Both the position numbers and the translations under genes were made by a program. The notes below the pieces were generated by a model. That model did not search any database. It was not told where the DNA came from and was given only the letters and a program-made list of their open reading frames with translations. Below are positions 49,501 through 61,253 of a stretch of DNA of 64,000 bases, in pieces (positions within the stretch are counted from its first letter, which is position 1; each line of letters begins with the position of its first letter). Origin of the DNA: Monocercomonoides exilis PA203 (Eukaryota > Protista > Preaxostyla); NCBI GenBank assembly GCA_001643675.2, contig LSRY02000012.1, positions 310,001-374,000 of the forward strand, given 5' to 3'.

Positions 49501-52277
49501 GGAGAGAATGCTGGGTAGACAGGAGGAGTGGGGCACATGCCAACTGGTGGAGGAGGCGGTGGCACTTCAATCGGTTGTGATGCTGCTTTGATCTGTGGAT
49601 CAACAGTGATGTCATCAGGGTCTTCGTCAGGAAACACCCACCGCTTCAGATTCTCGTCGTAGTATTCCTTTGTACGTGAGCCAGAAGGAGACGGCGTCTG
49701 CCTCTTGAACATGCTGAAGAACGAGGAAAGCCCACTGCCCGACTTCTTCTGCTTGCCGCTGGTGTTTTGCGAAGGCGAGTCTCGTCCCTTTTCTGAATTG
49801 GCAGGCGTAGAAGGGGAAGGCGACTGTGTCTGCGAAGGAGGCAGAAGCGACGTGACTGAAGAGAACAACCCCGATGAGGGAGACAGAGACTGCGATATTT
49901 CGTGTGGCTGAGGAAACTGCGGCTGCGGGCGGTGGGTGAGATCAGGCGCCACCAGTCCTGCTCCTCTGCCTGCGGCTGCTGCTGCGCCAGGCTCAGCTGC
50001 CTCCTGCCCTGGCCACTTGCCATATGGATATTCAGGTGTCGGCGATGGCGATGGCGACTGATAAGCAGGTGTCGACCCACTTCGAGGCACATCATCGCTC
50101 TCTCCCCCCAGCGGCGCAAAGCCAGTTTCGCTTTTACTTCCTTTTTTCCCTTTTCGCGAAAACACTGAAAGCAGACCAGAGCCAACATTGGTGATGATCC
50201 CCAGCCCTTTCTGGAGGGTGCTGCCACCTGTGCCCATGCTCCGTGACTCTCCTTTGCCCAGCTCATTCAATCTCATCTCTGTCGCATCCAAAAGAGACAC
50301 AAAATAAGGCGAGAAGATAGACGGCCTCTGGGCATTCTTGTCATTCCGGTTAGCAGCATTTGCTGGCGCCTTGGCAGCAGACGAGGAAGCAGCAGACACA
50401 GCTGCCCGCACTGATGCTATCAATCTCCTTGCATCGTCATACAAACCATACTCGATCATAATCAGTGCTCTGATGAGGCGATATGGCTGGAGCGCGGGAT
50501 AAGAGCCGACGGGGTTGGCGTGCAGCATGGCTGCCTCGTATGCCTCCGACAGCAGAATCGACGGCACATCGCGGAAGAACGTCAGAGGAAGAGTCGCGTG
50601 GTCTTCGCCCACCAGCACCAGCCGGGCGCTTCCGCTGACTGCCACGTCGAAGCCGTGTGCAATCAGAATCAAGCAGAAGTGTGCAGCTGATACCCGCCCT
50701 TCACCCAGAAGAGAGTCGCTCATCGAAAACAGGATGGCGTCCTGGTCCTTCGACCCTTTCGCCAGCACCGTCGCCACATTCACCCGCCAATGCGCTGTGA
50801 TGGCGCTCTCCTTGTGCCGCTCCCCTTCTGCATTGACAACCTTCGTCGACGGAGAGTGGATGCGGAAGAGCTGGTCAGGCTGCTTCGCCAGCAGCAGAAA
50901 ATGCGTCCGTAGCGGATGGCCTTCGGGATAGCATCGCGTAGCAAGTGTGGTGGCTGCCTTGACGAAGCTTCCGGAGTCCATTTCAGTCGCCAGCAGAAGC
51001 GCCTCTGCAATCAGCCCTTCACTCAGAGCAACATCAAATGCACCAGAAATGTCAGAGTGTAAAAGAGACTTCACGACTGACCCCACAGCTCGAATGCGCG
51101 CATTCATCGGCATCTGATCTGGTACAGGCGGTGGGATGGTCGGCATCTGCGGCAGCAGCGTGGAAGAGGCGCTGGAGAAGAAGAAGCCGGGCGAAGAAGG
51201 CGGAGACTGCACAACAGCAGTGGGAGAGGAAGAAGGTGAAGTGCCTGTAGTTGCGCCTGGGAGCGGTACAGTGAAAAGAGGAGGAGACATCGGTGGCAGC
51301 GGAGGGGACATTTGCGTAGAAGAAGGAGAAAGATTCCCTTCGCCTGCGGATGATGAGTTGTATAAAGCAGATGTGGGGGAGAGAGTACGAGCAGTGGGAG
51401 CAGCATTTGCAAGTGATGGTGAAATAGAAGAGCAACGCTGTAATTCATCGCTTGATGTTGTAAGAAGGCCCATTGAATGCATAAAATTCGCTTGTTCAGG
51501 AACTCCCATCAGAGCTTGATCATTATTTCCCCCAAGAAGAAGTTCGATAATCTCTTTCTTTGCTTTTGAATCTTTATCTTTTAAGTTAAAAGTACCTCCA
51601 TGAAGACAAAGAATTGCAAGCAAATGTCTGGTCAAATACGTTCCTTCTCCTTGTCCATGCAATGCTGGTTGCTCTGACATTTGCAATGGTTCAGTTAGAG
51701 GATTTATTGCTTCTCCAGCCAAATCAAATAAACCATCGTTTCTTAAAAGATTTGCTATTTCCTTTAAGGATGAAGATGATGTGCCAAATGCTCCGTTCAT
51801 TCGTTTCAAAAGCGTTGTGCTCGGTTTTGAAGCAAGATATGATTTCAACTGATGTATTTCCATGTGATATCGAAAAACACTTTTTTGCGTTGGGGCCAAT
51901 GTCGAAGGACCCGTTGGTTCCAAGGAAATAGATCCAAAACTGGATGTTAATGAATCCATCTGAGATTGTGAAGTATGCTTTTGCCTTTGTGAAGCGCGGA
52001 AAGATATAGCAGGCTCCTCAAATGTTGAATCCATAACCGAGGGAATGACGTCGTCTTCAAAGTAAGATGTATCTTCTCCAAACCCTCTTTCTTTCTGTGA
52101 AGGTTGCGCAGCATTGTCAAACTGCCCAAAAGAAGGAATTGGCGGAGGAGCTGGCAATGGAATTGGAGGGACCGAATGACCAACATTCTTTGGCGAAACA
52201 ATCAATAATTTCCCTCCGAATCCAAAGCACACAAGTGCATGAGGTGGACGAAATTGCTCGTCAAAACTTTGAAACAT
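46557..52277 (-). CDS. SEC16: COPII scaffold Sec16 (exact start uncertain)
   Basis: 1906-aa ORF with RPPHALVCFGFGGKL, AAHFCL, LVLVGEDH, LQPYRLIRA...EYG (central conserved domain), YYDENLKRWV and long S/P/Q-rich regions. Confidence 0.9.
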   Translation of the reverse strand: MFQSFDEQFRPPHALVCFGFGGKLLIVSPKNVGHSVPPIPLPAPPPIPSFGQFDNAAQPSQKERGFGEDTSYFEDDVIPSVMDSTFEEPAISFRASQRQKHTSQSQMDSLTSSFGSISLEPTGPSTLAPTQKSVFRYHMEIHQLKSYLASKPSTTLLKRMNGAFGTSSSSLKEIANLLRNDGLFDLAGEAINPLTEPLQMSEQPALHGQGEGTYLTRHLLAILCLHGGTFNLKDKDSKAKKEIIELLLGGNNDQALMGVPEQANFMHSMGLLTTSSDELQRCSSISPSLANAAPTARTLSPTSALYNSSSAGEGNLSPSSTQMSPPLPPMSPPLFTVPLPGATTGTSPSSSPTAVVQSPPSSPGFFFSSASSTLLPQMPTIPPPVPDQMPMNARIRAVGSVVKSLLHSDISGAFDVALSEGLIAEALLLATEMDSGSFVKAATTLATRCYPEGHPLRTHFLLLAKQPDQLFRIHSPSTKVVNAEGERHKESAITAHWRVNVATVLAKGSKDQDAILFSMSDSLLGEGRVSAAHFCLILIAHGFDVAVSGSARLVLVGEDHATLPLTFFRDVPSILLSEAYEAAMLHANPVGSYPALQPYRLIRALIMIEYGLYDDARRLIASVRAAVSAASSSAAKAPANAANRNDKNAQRPSIFSPYFVSLLDATEMRLNELGKGESRSMGTGGSTLQKGLGIITNVGSGLLSVFSRKGKKGSKSETGFAPLGGESDDVPRSGSTPAYQSPSPSPTPEYPYGKWPGQEAAEPGAAAAAGRGAGLVAPDLTHRPQPQFPQPHEISQSLSPSSGLFSSVTSLLPPSQTQSPSPSTPANSEKGRDSPSQNTSGKQKKSGSGLSSFFSMFKRQTPSPSGSRTKEYYDENLKRWVFPDEDPDDITVDPQIKAASQPIEVPPPPPPVGMCPTPPVYPAFSPTSEMSPSMTPSSISTPLPPPTPGQQSPSSSLSDGYPSPSAGTPVAVASSSRSRRFMDLSLADTTDMQETATPAASSSPPTDTPLFSMGASFQSSPASASASAAPYGGSRGARRGRRTASANVTSLIGDMLTVKSDGMDPRMKELRKVAVTPQTETQAQPQAQAQSQSQAQQQTQNQMHSSALSPLSSGNTRKAQEQQGPTANNLQQSPEASPLDWQPRTQAGRSYASNPASSLSTPQSATGRFSHRLQNSFTASDFEMAASPDELSNAAKADNSQLSADGQMQTQKQMAGNNPLSSPPSQQQQTQQQQQQQTKDGMNGISPFDTSDSDFFGDISNKTNRASSGMSDNASSTPLKPPPSSSMTSLPSSSSSDIAPPPPSSSSSSSPIAPPPPSSDFSFDQPFSTAAPSSKSRSTRTRGSRSNVRVSLSAFGDSVFGISNELTATPTPTQTSTATAEIQPSSLSSPSSSPSSLSSSVQPAEPATDLTSKTQEKPISLQQTEQQTNEEQSIRQPTSQSVEKVSPLQTQTQPAAHSFMTDDSSFFDDQSLASPFSVPTPSASASASASPSSSTSALPPAQQQIQQTQQNKQNKHTKHQSSSSSLPFASDVPSHSQSGDLPSPFSVPHKQEQAQTQPQTQTPSQSQPSPLPQPHSKTASAASFVPAAMEDDQSFFESPSFSMAFDYNQQQTHKQETKPAASAGNAVKNDTKNSSPLNSPFSTQTNKTSIGAEAMQREAGRSVVEEDQFSFDQPFSVGNVVPLPKTKPTASAQPPKQTYQPALVQQEPSYDNMDAFYAHNTQNTQNAHMTAQTALTAPSAQTEASSKPVVPSVADDIDFFDALGGPPMDDFPSGPSPFAAAAPAPPPPPTASYSNSNSNSNSSPSSLSLSHQPVSAHQAEPSYNTAGNMPSSLTQPFSTTNIQTNQPTTSQNPPFTSSSGDANDFFDSDSFSSQPASYVSAQSQPVTSNPQQQQQFQNDVDFFDYF

Positions 52278-52640
52278 TTTTATTCTTTCAAATTTTGTAA
52301 AAATAAAAGGTTAACCCATAAACGAATTGAATGACATTGAAAGAAAAGATTTAATCAACAATGACACTTTTGAATGAAATGTGATATCATTTCGTTATTA
52401 CTATTTTTCAACAATATTTTCGCAAGAAGCTTTAAAAAAATCTGTATTTGACATCCATCTCATCTTCAAAATATCTTCTTTGAATTTAACCGCTTATTTA
52501 TTTTTGTTTTTTTATATCACAATTGTTCAAAAAGTGCTTGAATAGCTCCAAAAAATGTTTTTTTCACAATTTTTTAAAATTGATCTTATTGATCCACACC
52601 ATAAAAGGTTATCACTTTATTCATTTTTTGGAAAGTGAAA

Positions 52641-53299
52641 ATGCCGTTATCACTTTTGCCTCATAGCGTTTCCAAGCCAGTAGAAAAAGCGTATACAAAA
52701 GTCTTTCGTCCACCTAACTTGCGTCTTCGCTTCGGATCATTGTCTACACCAAATTTCTATGTTGTGGTTGCACTCCTAACATTTTCTGCATATATAATAT
52801 TTTCGGGTATTTTCTATGATATAATCAACAGCCCACCATCTATGGGGCAAGAAAGAGTATGATTATTGTTTTTTCTAAAATTAATTAAAGATATTTTTCC
52901 TATTATTAGGATCCAATGACTGGCCTTGTTTATCCTGTTGTTGTTCATCGTGGGGGAATCAGCTCACAATTTGTTCTTGAAGGATTTTCGGCGGGGTTCT
53001 TTTACGTTTTGGCTGGTTTGAGTATATTTGTTATGCAATCTGAAAAATGAAATTTTTATAACATAAAATTTTAGGAGCATCTTTTATTATGATAGCATCT
53101 ACAAATTCCATTGTACAAATTGTTGGATTGGTTTCGTTTGTGCTTTCTTATGCAATTCTTTCAGTGTTTATGAGAACGAAGATGGGTGGTATGAAAATTA
53201 AACTGTTAAAAAATTTTTTTTGAATTTTCTTTATTTTGTTTATAATTTCTGTTTTTATATCAATGTAAACAATATTTTTTCTTAGATTATCCGTTCTAA
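52641..53299 (+). CDS. OSTC: Oligosaccharyltransferase subunit OSTC/DC2, 4 exons
   Basis: PPNLRLR, SGIFYDIINSPPSMGQER|DPMTG, SQFVLEGFSAG, FMRTKMG|DYPF*. Confidence 0.9.
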
Positions 53300-53540
53300 G
53301 GGATCTTTCAAACCTGAAAGTTATTGTGTTTCTTGATCTATGCATTTCTTTTTATCTCGCTCCACACTTATCTTTCGCTATTTGTTGCGTACATTCACTT
53401 CGTTTAATTTTCTGAAAATACGAACAGAAGAATATTTGATTAAAAATTAATATTTCAATATTTATCAATTTGATCAAAATTAGCATAAGATATTAAAAAC
53501 AAAAATCCTGAATTGAGAGGATAGATCAGAGAAATTAAAG

Positions 53541-54279
53541 ATGGTATTATTTCTTTTTGAATGTTCATAGAATGACATTAGCATTGTGTTTTTTATTTAA
53601 AATATATTTATTATGTATTGATTGATAATTAATTTTTGTGTAGACTCTTGTTGCTCCAGAAAACTTCCAGCACATTCTTCGTGTGTTTAACACCAACATC
53701 AACGGAACAGAGAATGTTGTTTATGCCCTTACTGCAATTAAAGGTATTGGCCGTCGTTTCTCCACCCTCGTGTGCAAACGCGCCAACGTTGACACCACAA
53801 AAAGGTTTGATTTTTGTTCGAAATTTTAATTTTTGTTATTAAATCCTGTTTTTGATGAACTGACTTTTTGAATTCCGAAATATTCGTGCAAAATATTTTT
53901 CTCAGAGCTGGTCAACTGACACAGAGCGAGATTGACCGTCTGATCAAGGTTATTGAGAACCCACTTGACCACAAGATTCCAGAATACTTCCTGAACCATC
54001 GCCGTGATATCAAGGACGGAACATCATCCCACGCCACTTCACAGCAAGTTGATATCCACATCCGTGATGCTATTGAACGTCTCAAGAAAATCAGGTTTGT
54101 TTTGTATTTTTCTGGCAAATCATTTTTGTTTTGTTGAACGCAATTTGACTGGCGTTTATTTCAACAGAGCCCATCGTGGTCTGCGTCATATGAGAGGAAT
54201 CCGTGTGCGTGGACAGCACACAAAGACCACTGGTCGTCACGGACACACAATCGGTGTCTCAAAGAAGAAGACTGCATAA
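53541..54279 (+). CDS. RPS18: 40S ribosomal protein S18 (uS13), 4 exons; first coding exon is the ATG alone
   Basis: ATG|gtatt...tag|[21 protein letters not shown]...RAGQLT...[15 protein letters not shown]...[24 protein letters not shown], stop TAA. Confidence 0.98.
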
Positions 54280-54509
54280 TCTGTTCATCGCATCAAACTA
54301 TCCGCGTTGTAGAGATGGTTCATGTTATAATGGAATTCTCATATCACGTGGATTTTGAATTTTGTCATTATTTTTATAAGAGGAGCAACAATCGGAAAAA
54401 TAAAAACTCTTTTTTTGTTTCTTTATTCATGTGAAGTGAAATGAGGTGAGTTAGAGTGTGAAGTGTTGCAAAAAGAAGCGTATTGGCAAAAAATCTTGAT
54501 ATTTTAGAT

Positions 54510-55982
54510 TCAATTTTCTTTTGTTTGCGGGAAAACTGCCTCTGCGGCTTTCAATCGTTCAGCAGCAATTTTCATGGTTGCTGTGATTGACTCTAGAGGC
54601 GCAATATATTCTGAATCTTTTTTGGCAACTGCAACAAGAAGAAGACGGCATTCGTTTCCTTTTTTAATAATTGGGCGACAGGACGAAAATTTTGTTGGTC
54701 TAGTAGGAACGTCGCTCGAAGATTGCGATAATTCAAATAATGAAGAAAAAGTTTTTGGAATAAGTTCATCAGAAGCCGAGGATGACGGAACTGATGAAGA
54801 AGAAGGCATTGTCGAAGAAGAAGGCATTGTCGAAGAAGAAGGCATTGTCGAAGAAGAAGGAGTTGCAGAAGAAGGCGCTGTTGAAGAAGACAACGAAGTG
54901 GTTGTTGATGTTTCCAAAGAAGTTGAATAAATATGATCATCGAGTTTTTCGATTTTCTCGGATTCCTCCATAAGCAATTTGTAGCTATTAACCTCTGCTC
55001 CTTCATCTTTTTCTTTCTCCTCTGAGTTTTCTTTCAAATGAGCATCGGAAATTTGAGCAAGTGCAGAGAAGAAAGCTGCATCGGCCACAACAGCACTTAA
55101 AAGATAATAAGCCTCACTCATTTGAGGATGATCAGTTGGTATGTTTGTTATAAACATTTTAAGAAGATTCATAACTCTGCATAATGTTGGTAATAGCGAA
55201 ATGAGTTTTGGAATTAGTGCATCCGAGGAGGGAGATAATTTATTTATTACTTCATAAAGTTGATGCTGATAAATAAATTTCGCAAGAAGAAAATGATATC
55301 TATAAGGATTCGTATCAAATGAATTCATTCCAACGTTTTCATCAGATATTGCAGTTGTTGAACTTAACGGACTCGAAATATTCGAAGAAAGCGCCAAACT
55401 AACTGTTTGTTCAAAATCTTGAAGAGCTTTGTCGATATTTCCCATGGAAGAATGGACACCTCCTCTAATAAAATAATAAAAAGGTTCCTTTGAATTCAAC
55501 GATATTGCTGTATCCAACTCTTCAACTGCTTCTGCTCTTTGCTGACCGACTAAATATAAATACGCGGCAAAAAGGGATAATTCTTGGTTATCTTCGAAGC
55601 CTTCATCTTCCAAATCTCCAATAAATTGAAATAACGCGGTTGAATTTGTCACATTGACATAGAGAGCGTACATATCCAGCTTAATTGCTTGTGCAAGATA
55701 ATGAAGAATGACTTCATCCGAAGGAGGAGTGACTTCCTCGTCAGATGAGCTTTCAGATTCTTTTTCTTCTTCTGTGGAAGCAATTTTTTTCTTTTTATCC
55801 TTATGAGGTGGTTCTTCACCTGCTTTAATTTTTGATCTCTCCAAAATCATCTGGATACCTTCATTCCATAAAACACGCGCAGTTACATATTGTTTATACC
55901 ATTTTGAAGCTGAAGGGGGTACATATAAAGATGGATCCCCTGATCCAGATGGCTCAGGTTCCTTTTTTGTTTGGGTTTCCAT
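54510..55982 (-). CDS. TPR-repeat protein (probable start METQTKK at 55982)
   Basis: AVEELDTAISLNSKEPFYYFIRGGVHSSMGNIDKALQDFEQ is TPR-like; single exon; the longer ORF start overlaps the NEK gene. Confidence 0.8.
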   Translation of the reverse strand: METQTKKEPEPSGSGDPSLYVPPSASKWYKQYVTARVLWNEGIQMILERSKIKAGEEPPHKDKKKKIASTEEEKESESSSDEEVTPPSDEVILHYLAQAIKLDMYALYVNVTNSTALFQFIGDLEDEGFEDNQELSLFAAYLYLVGQQRAEAVEELDTAISLNSKEPFYYFIRGGVHSSMGNIDKALQDFEQTVSLALSSNISSPLSSTTAISDENVGMNSFDTNPYRYHFLLAKFIYQHQLYEVINKLSPSSDALIPKLISLLPTLCRVMNLLKMFITNIPTDHPQMSEAYYLLSAVVADAAFFSALAQISDAHLKENSEEKEKDEGAEVNSYKLLMEESEKIEKLDDHIYSTSLETSTTTSLSSSTAPSSATPSSSTMPSSSTMPSSSTMPSSSSVPSSSASDELIPKTFSSLFELSQSSSDVPTRPTKFSSCRPIIKKGNECRLLLVAVAKKDSEYIAPLESITATMKIAAERLKAAEAVFPQTKEN

Positions 55983-56069
55983 AATATACAAATTAAAGGA
56001 ATTTTTACCCTTTATTATTGTATTATTCCGTTGATTGTTCTTTAGATTACAGTACTTGAAGCGTTCCTC

Positions 56070-59000
56070 ATGAGCACGTCCACCTTGCAAGATTTTGAAC
56101 GAATTAAAAGACTTGGACGTGGTTCTCATGGAGAAGTATTCTTAGTTCGCCGAAAAAAAGATGAGAAATTATATTGCCTGAAACAAATTGACCTAACGGA
56201 CCTTACAGAGTTTGATAATTTTTTTGATTTTTTTGGCTTTGATATTTTTAACTTTTTTCATATTTTTTGAATCGTATAGAGCGGAACAAGAAAGTGCTCT
56301 TAATGAGGTTCATCTTCTTGCATCAATTGACTCTCCTTTTGTAATCCAATACTATGACTCATTTCTTACTGATGAAATATTAAACATTGTGATGGAGTAT
56401 GCTCCGAATGGGACTCTTCACGATAAAATTCAAGTTTGCATTTTTTAACTTCAAAATAGAATTTATAACAATTCGAATTTATTAATAAAAGAAACAAATT
56501 AAAGAAAATGTGCCTTTTGAAAATTGTGAAATTTGGACTATGTTTTTACAAATATGTTGCGGCTTGCAAGGTTTGGCAGCTTGTTTCAACAATTCTTTAA
56601 TTTTTTGTATGATTTTTTAGACATACATAATAAGGCAATTATTCACCGTGATATAAAGACACAAAATATATTCATTGGAAATAATTTCGAGTTTGCCATT
56701 TTAGTGCATTATTTTTTTGTAAATGTTATTGTTTTTGTATCTTATAGATTAAAGATTGGTGATCTTGGAGTGGCAAAGAAACTTCTTTCAACATCTTCTC
56801 TTTCATCTACAGTTGTTGGCACTCCATATTATCTTTCTCCGGAATTGCTTTTGTCCCAACCTTATAATAAGGAAGTGGATATGTGGGCGCTTGGATGTAT
56901 ATTATATGAACTCTGTTCATTAAAAAGACCGTTTGAAGCGACAAATCAAGTTTGGATAAGTCTAATATTTTTGTGCATTTTACTGTAATTTATTTTTATT
57001 TATTTATTTTATTTGTTGTCTATCAATCATCAATGTATAATGTTCATTTTGGATTCTGCTGAACAAAATCATAATAATTCCATTACATTAACAGGGAGCG
57101 TTGGTAGTGAAGATTCTTGAAGGAACCCCACTTCCGCTGTCTGAAAGCGTCTCCTCGTCGCTCCGTGAAATTGCTTCGTTGCTTCTCGAACGAGATGTCA
57201 AGAAGCGGCTGACCATCAAAGCCCTGTTCCAAAGAGCAGATGTGTCGCAGATGATGACACTGTATGGCGTGACTCGGGAAGGTCTCCAAAGAAAAGAGCC
57301 TCTTCTGGTGTCTTTGGCAGACAGCGGAGACAGAATAGACAAAGCAGACAGAGCAGATGCAGGTGGCTCGCTCAAACGGGGCGACGGGGCTGAACGGAAA
57401 GAGAACGAAAAGACAGAAAAAAGTGAAAAAAGTGAAAAAGGAGAGAAAGTTAAGCGAAGGTCGCAGCGTCTGTCACCACACAGACAACAGCAGCCAGCTG
57501 CACAGCGAAGGCAGAAGCTGAGCATTTCTCCTTCTCCCACTCTGCTGAACACTTCAGACCTCTCTCCTTCTCTTCGCCCGGAGCCTCTTCTTATTTCTTG
57601 CAGCTCCCAAGTTTCGTTTCCCTCGGCGTTTTCTCCGTCTTCTGCAAACATTTCACATCTTTCACCAACATCCTCTTCTGCTTCTGCTTCCTCTTCCTCT
57701 TCCTCCTTATCATCATCTTCTTCCTCTTCTTCCTCTTCTCCCTCTTCTTCTTCTTCTTCTTCAATCATCACCACTTCACCTTCAAAGAAGCAGCACCAGC
57801 AATTGATGGTCTGCCCTCCTTACACTTCATCCACTGCAACATTTCAGACTCTTCCCCTTCCTGTTCCTCTCCCTCCCTCTCCTTCTCCCTCTCCTGGTCC
57901 CATCACCAGCTCCTCCTCCTGCGTCACCCTCCCCACCTTCACCTCTGACCTCTCCCCTTCTTCCTCCTCTTCCTCCTCCTCTGCATCCACCACCCCATCC
58001 TCCGTCTCCCCACCTCACTCACCCCACCCATACACCCCTCAGTATGCCCCTTCCTCGTCTGTCTCCTCTCCCAAGCGCTCTGCCCCCACCGCCTTCTTCG
58101 TGCCATTCACCCGCGAGCCCATCTGCCAGCCAGAGAGGGATGCTGTGCATGTGGTCGACATCTCCTTCGACGAGGCAGAGAACGAAGCCTCGCAGCAGAA
58201 CAAGAACAAGACACTACCAAAGAAGAGGAGCGTCCCCTGGCTGTTCCTGCAGACACAGAAGGACAAAGAGAGACACGCTGCTTCTACGCAGCAGCAGTCG
58301 CAGCAACAATCACAGACACAACTGCAACAACTACAGCAGCAGGCAAATCAGATCAATCAGATGCACAGCAACCAGCCAGGCAGCAAAGCGTCTCTTGAGC
58401 TTCTGTCTCCGCAGAGGGTGAGCAACAGACCGACATCATCGCCACAAATGCCTCGAATGAAGAAAGACAGCAGCAGCAGCAACAATAACAGCCCAACCAA
58501 ACAGCATCTGGCACAACAACAACAACAGCTACAGCTACAGCAGCAGCAACATTGCAATGAATCGTCTGGATTGGGGTATCCGAATGTGGTGCTGATGAAA
58601 GGGAGGAAAGAGAGAGAGAAGAAAGAGCCAGCCGGAGACGGCGAGAGGCTGCTGGGGGAGCAGTCGCCGAGTCTGCCGCTGTCGTTTGTCCTGCCTAAGA
58701 CAGAGATGGCACGCACAATTGCGTTCTCGTGGAAGGACTGTGTGCACGAGAAGGAAAGAGATAGAGAAAGAGAGAGAGAAAGAGAAAGAGATAGAGGGGG
58801 TGAGGCAGATGGCAACTGTAATGATGAATGGAGGGTGGACAGCAGAGAAGGCAGCGACCTCTTCCAGACAGGGATTGAGCAGATGATGGAGATGGGGAGG
58901 CGGGCACAGGAGAGAGAAAGAGAAAGAGAAAGAGAAAGAGAGACGCTGAGGACAAAGCGGCTGACGCGAACGAGCTCGTTGAGAGAGCACGACGTGTGGG

Positions 59001-60520
59001 AAGACATCTGCGAAGAGACTGACGATTCCAGGAGCGAGCACCACTCAACGAAGAAAGAGGAGAAAGAGAATGAGATGGGGCGGAGGCCGTCGCGGACGGT
59101 GTCTCCGCCGCTGCGGCGCTTCCACTCGCTGTCTCCTTCGTCGAGCGTGCTGGCTGCCTCGACAGACGCCCTGCCGCTTGTGGAGCACCCGCCGAACATC
59201 ATCACCCCTCTCCCGTCGGGCAGCTACGTCCCGTCCACAAACGATGTGTCCCCTTCGCACAGAAGATCACCTCTCTCTCCGCTTCTCCCTTCCCCCAGCA
59301 CTGCCAACCTCTCCAACATGTCAAACATGTCAAACATGTCAAATATATCTGCTCTGTCTGCCACATCTGCCACTTTTGTCGCATCTGGCCAGTCATCCCC
59401 GCTCATCCTGCTTCCTCCACAGCCAGCAGATGGCGAGTGCAGCGGGCAGCCCCCTTCCTCCATCGTTGCACTCGCCCACTCCTCTGCTCCACTTCACAGC
59501 CTGTCAAAAACATCCTCTTCTCGCAATGTGGGCGATATCTCTCTGTATATCCCTTCATCTTCCCCTTCTCCAACCACTTCAGTTCTACCTGCGCCTTCTC
59601 CTCCCCCGGCTTCTTTCTCTGTGCTCTCCAACACTTCTGTTATTTCTTCCTCGTCTGCCTCGTCTGTCTCTTCTTCTTCTTCTTCTTCTTCTTCTTCTTC
59701 TTCTTCTTCCTCCTCCTCCTCCTCCTCCTCCTCCTCCTCCTCCTCCTCCTCTGTCACATCTGGTGCTTCAGACACACCACCAAAGATGTACATACCTCCT
59801 CTCCAAAAGAGACACTCGGCATCTCATTCGTCCCTCAGCCACCCATCCACAACACGATTGATGGCATCTACACAGCCCATTCTGTGCGACACAACCACAC
59901 AACCTCCATCCTCATTTATATTGTCTTCTTCTTCCTCTTCTTCTTCCTCTTCTTCCTCTGCTTCTTCTGACATGTCCTGTTCTGACAGCTGCTGTGCCTC
60001 CTTCTCCACTCTCCTTGCCTCATCACCGCCAGCCTCGTCGCAGCCCCACCACACACGATGCCATTCAACAGACGACTTTGCTGAGGACTCGTCGGCTGAA
60101 GACTCTGCTTTTGAGCACACAGCCACCTCTATCTCAATCTCTGCCTCGTCTACTGCCTCCTTCGCTGGCTCTCCTGCTGCTTCGCCTCCGAATGAGCCGG
60201 CTGCCTCGCCACAGCTGGTTGTGGCTAGTTCTTCTGCTGCTATTGGAGGAGGAGGAGGAGGAACAGGAGGGAAGAGGAAGAGCAGTGCTGTGTCGTCTGC
60301 CCTTCCGCTGTATTCGCCCACGAAGATGCAGAAGCCTGCGCGGCGGAAGATGCTTTCCGCACAACACAGCAGCTCTTCTCTGATGTCGCCGCTGTCGCTC
60401 AATCTGCCTTCCCTCACGTCGACCCTCCAGCGCTCTGCCTCGGGCAGCCTGGAGCCTGTGCTGGAGGCAGCACACGGGCAAATGAGCGATCGGCAGTGCG
60501 ACAAGACGGTGAAGTCGTAG
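56070..60520 (+). CDS. NIMA-related (NEK) Ser/Thr kinase with a long low-complexity C-terminus, multi-exon
   Basis: LGRGSHG, CLKQI, LNIVMEYA, IIHRDIKTQNIF, KIGDLGVAK, VGTPYYLSPE, DMWALGCILYELCSLKRPFEA. Confidence 0.95.
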
Positions 60521-61253
60521 AAGAAGGAGTGAGCATTTTGGAGGGAATGCTGAATGGCTTGTTTGTTATGTTTTTTTATTTTGTTTTTATTTTTATTTTT
60601 TTGTGTTTGTATTTGTGAAAAAATTTTTGATGGGAATATTGAAAAAAAATAGAATTTAAGTCCATAAATTCAACAACGTCTTTCTTATTTTCTTTTTCTC
60701 TTTTTCTTTTTTTAATTTTTTATTTTGTTTATATTTTATTCCCATCTCATTTAAATAAGTTATTTTCGAATGTGCTAATTCCATGTGCCTTATTTTATAC
60801 TCTTTGAACATTTGTTGTAAATCTGTTTCTTATTAGCTTCAATTTTTTTTTTTTTTCATTTCTGTTGCAGTGTTTGTATTGTTATGATAAATATTTTATT
60901 CTGTTATGACAATCGAAAATTATCGCTTTGCGTTGTTTTGAAAGGTTTTTGAAACCTCTATTGAACGTTTATTTTGTTATTCTATTCTGTTTCCGGCATT
61001 CAATGTTTTCATATTTTTTTTTTTTTCATCTGCTTTTTTGTGAACTTGCTGCAAGCTTTGCAGAAGAAATGCCTTCTTTCAGTGGCATTGGCAGACTTGC
61101 ACGTATTTATTTGCTTTAAAGGAAAGAGAGAAATTACAAAAGAAAAATTGGAAAGGTTGAAAGAAAATACACAAATTTTTTATTGAAATATGGTGAAAGT
61201 GGAAAATTATCTTTTGTTTATTTTTTTTTTTTTTTACTTGCTCCTTTGATTTT

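Noticed and set aside
57600-60000. TCT/TCC and GA-rich microsatellites with overlapping ORFs
   Set aside because: They encode poly-Ser and ER repeats in the NEK tail; the alternative ORFs are low-complexity artefacts.
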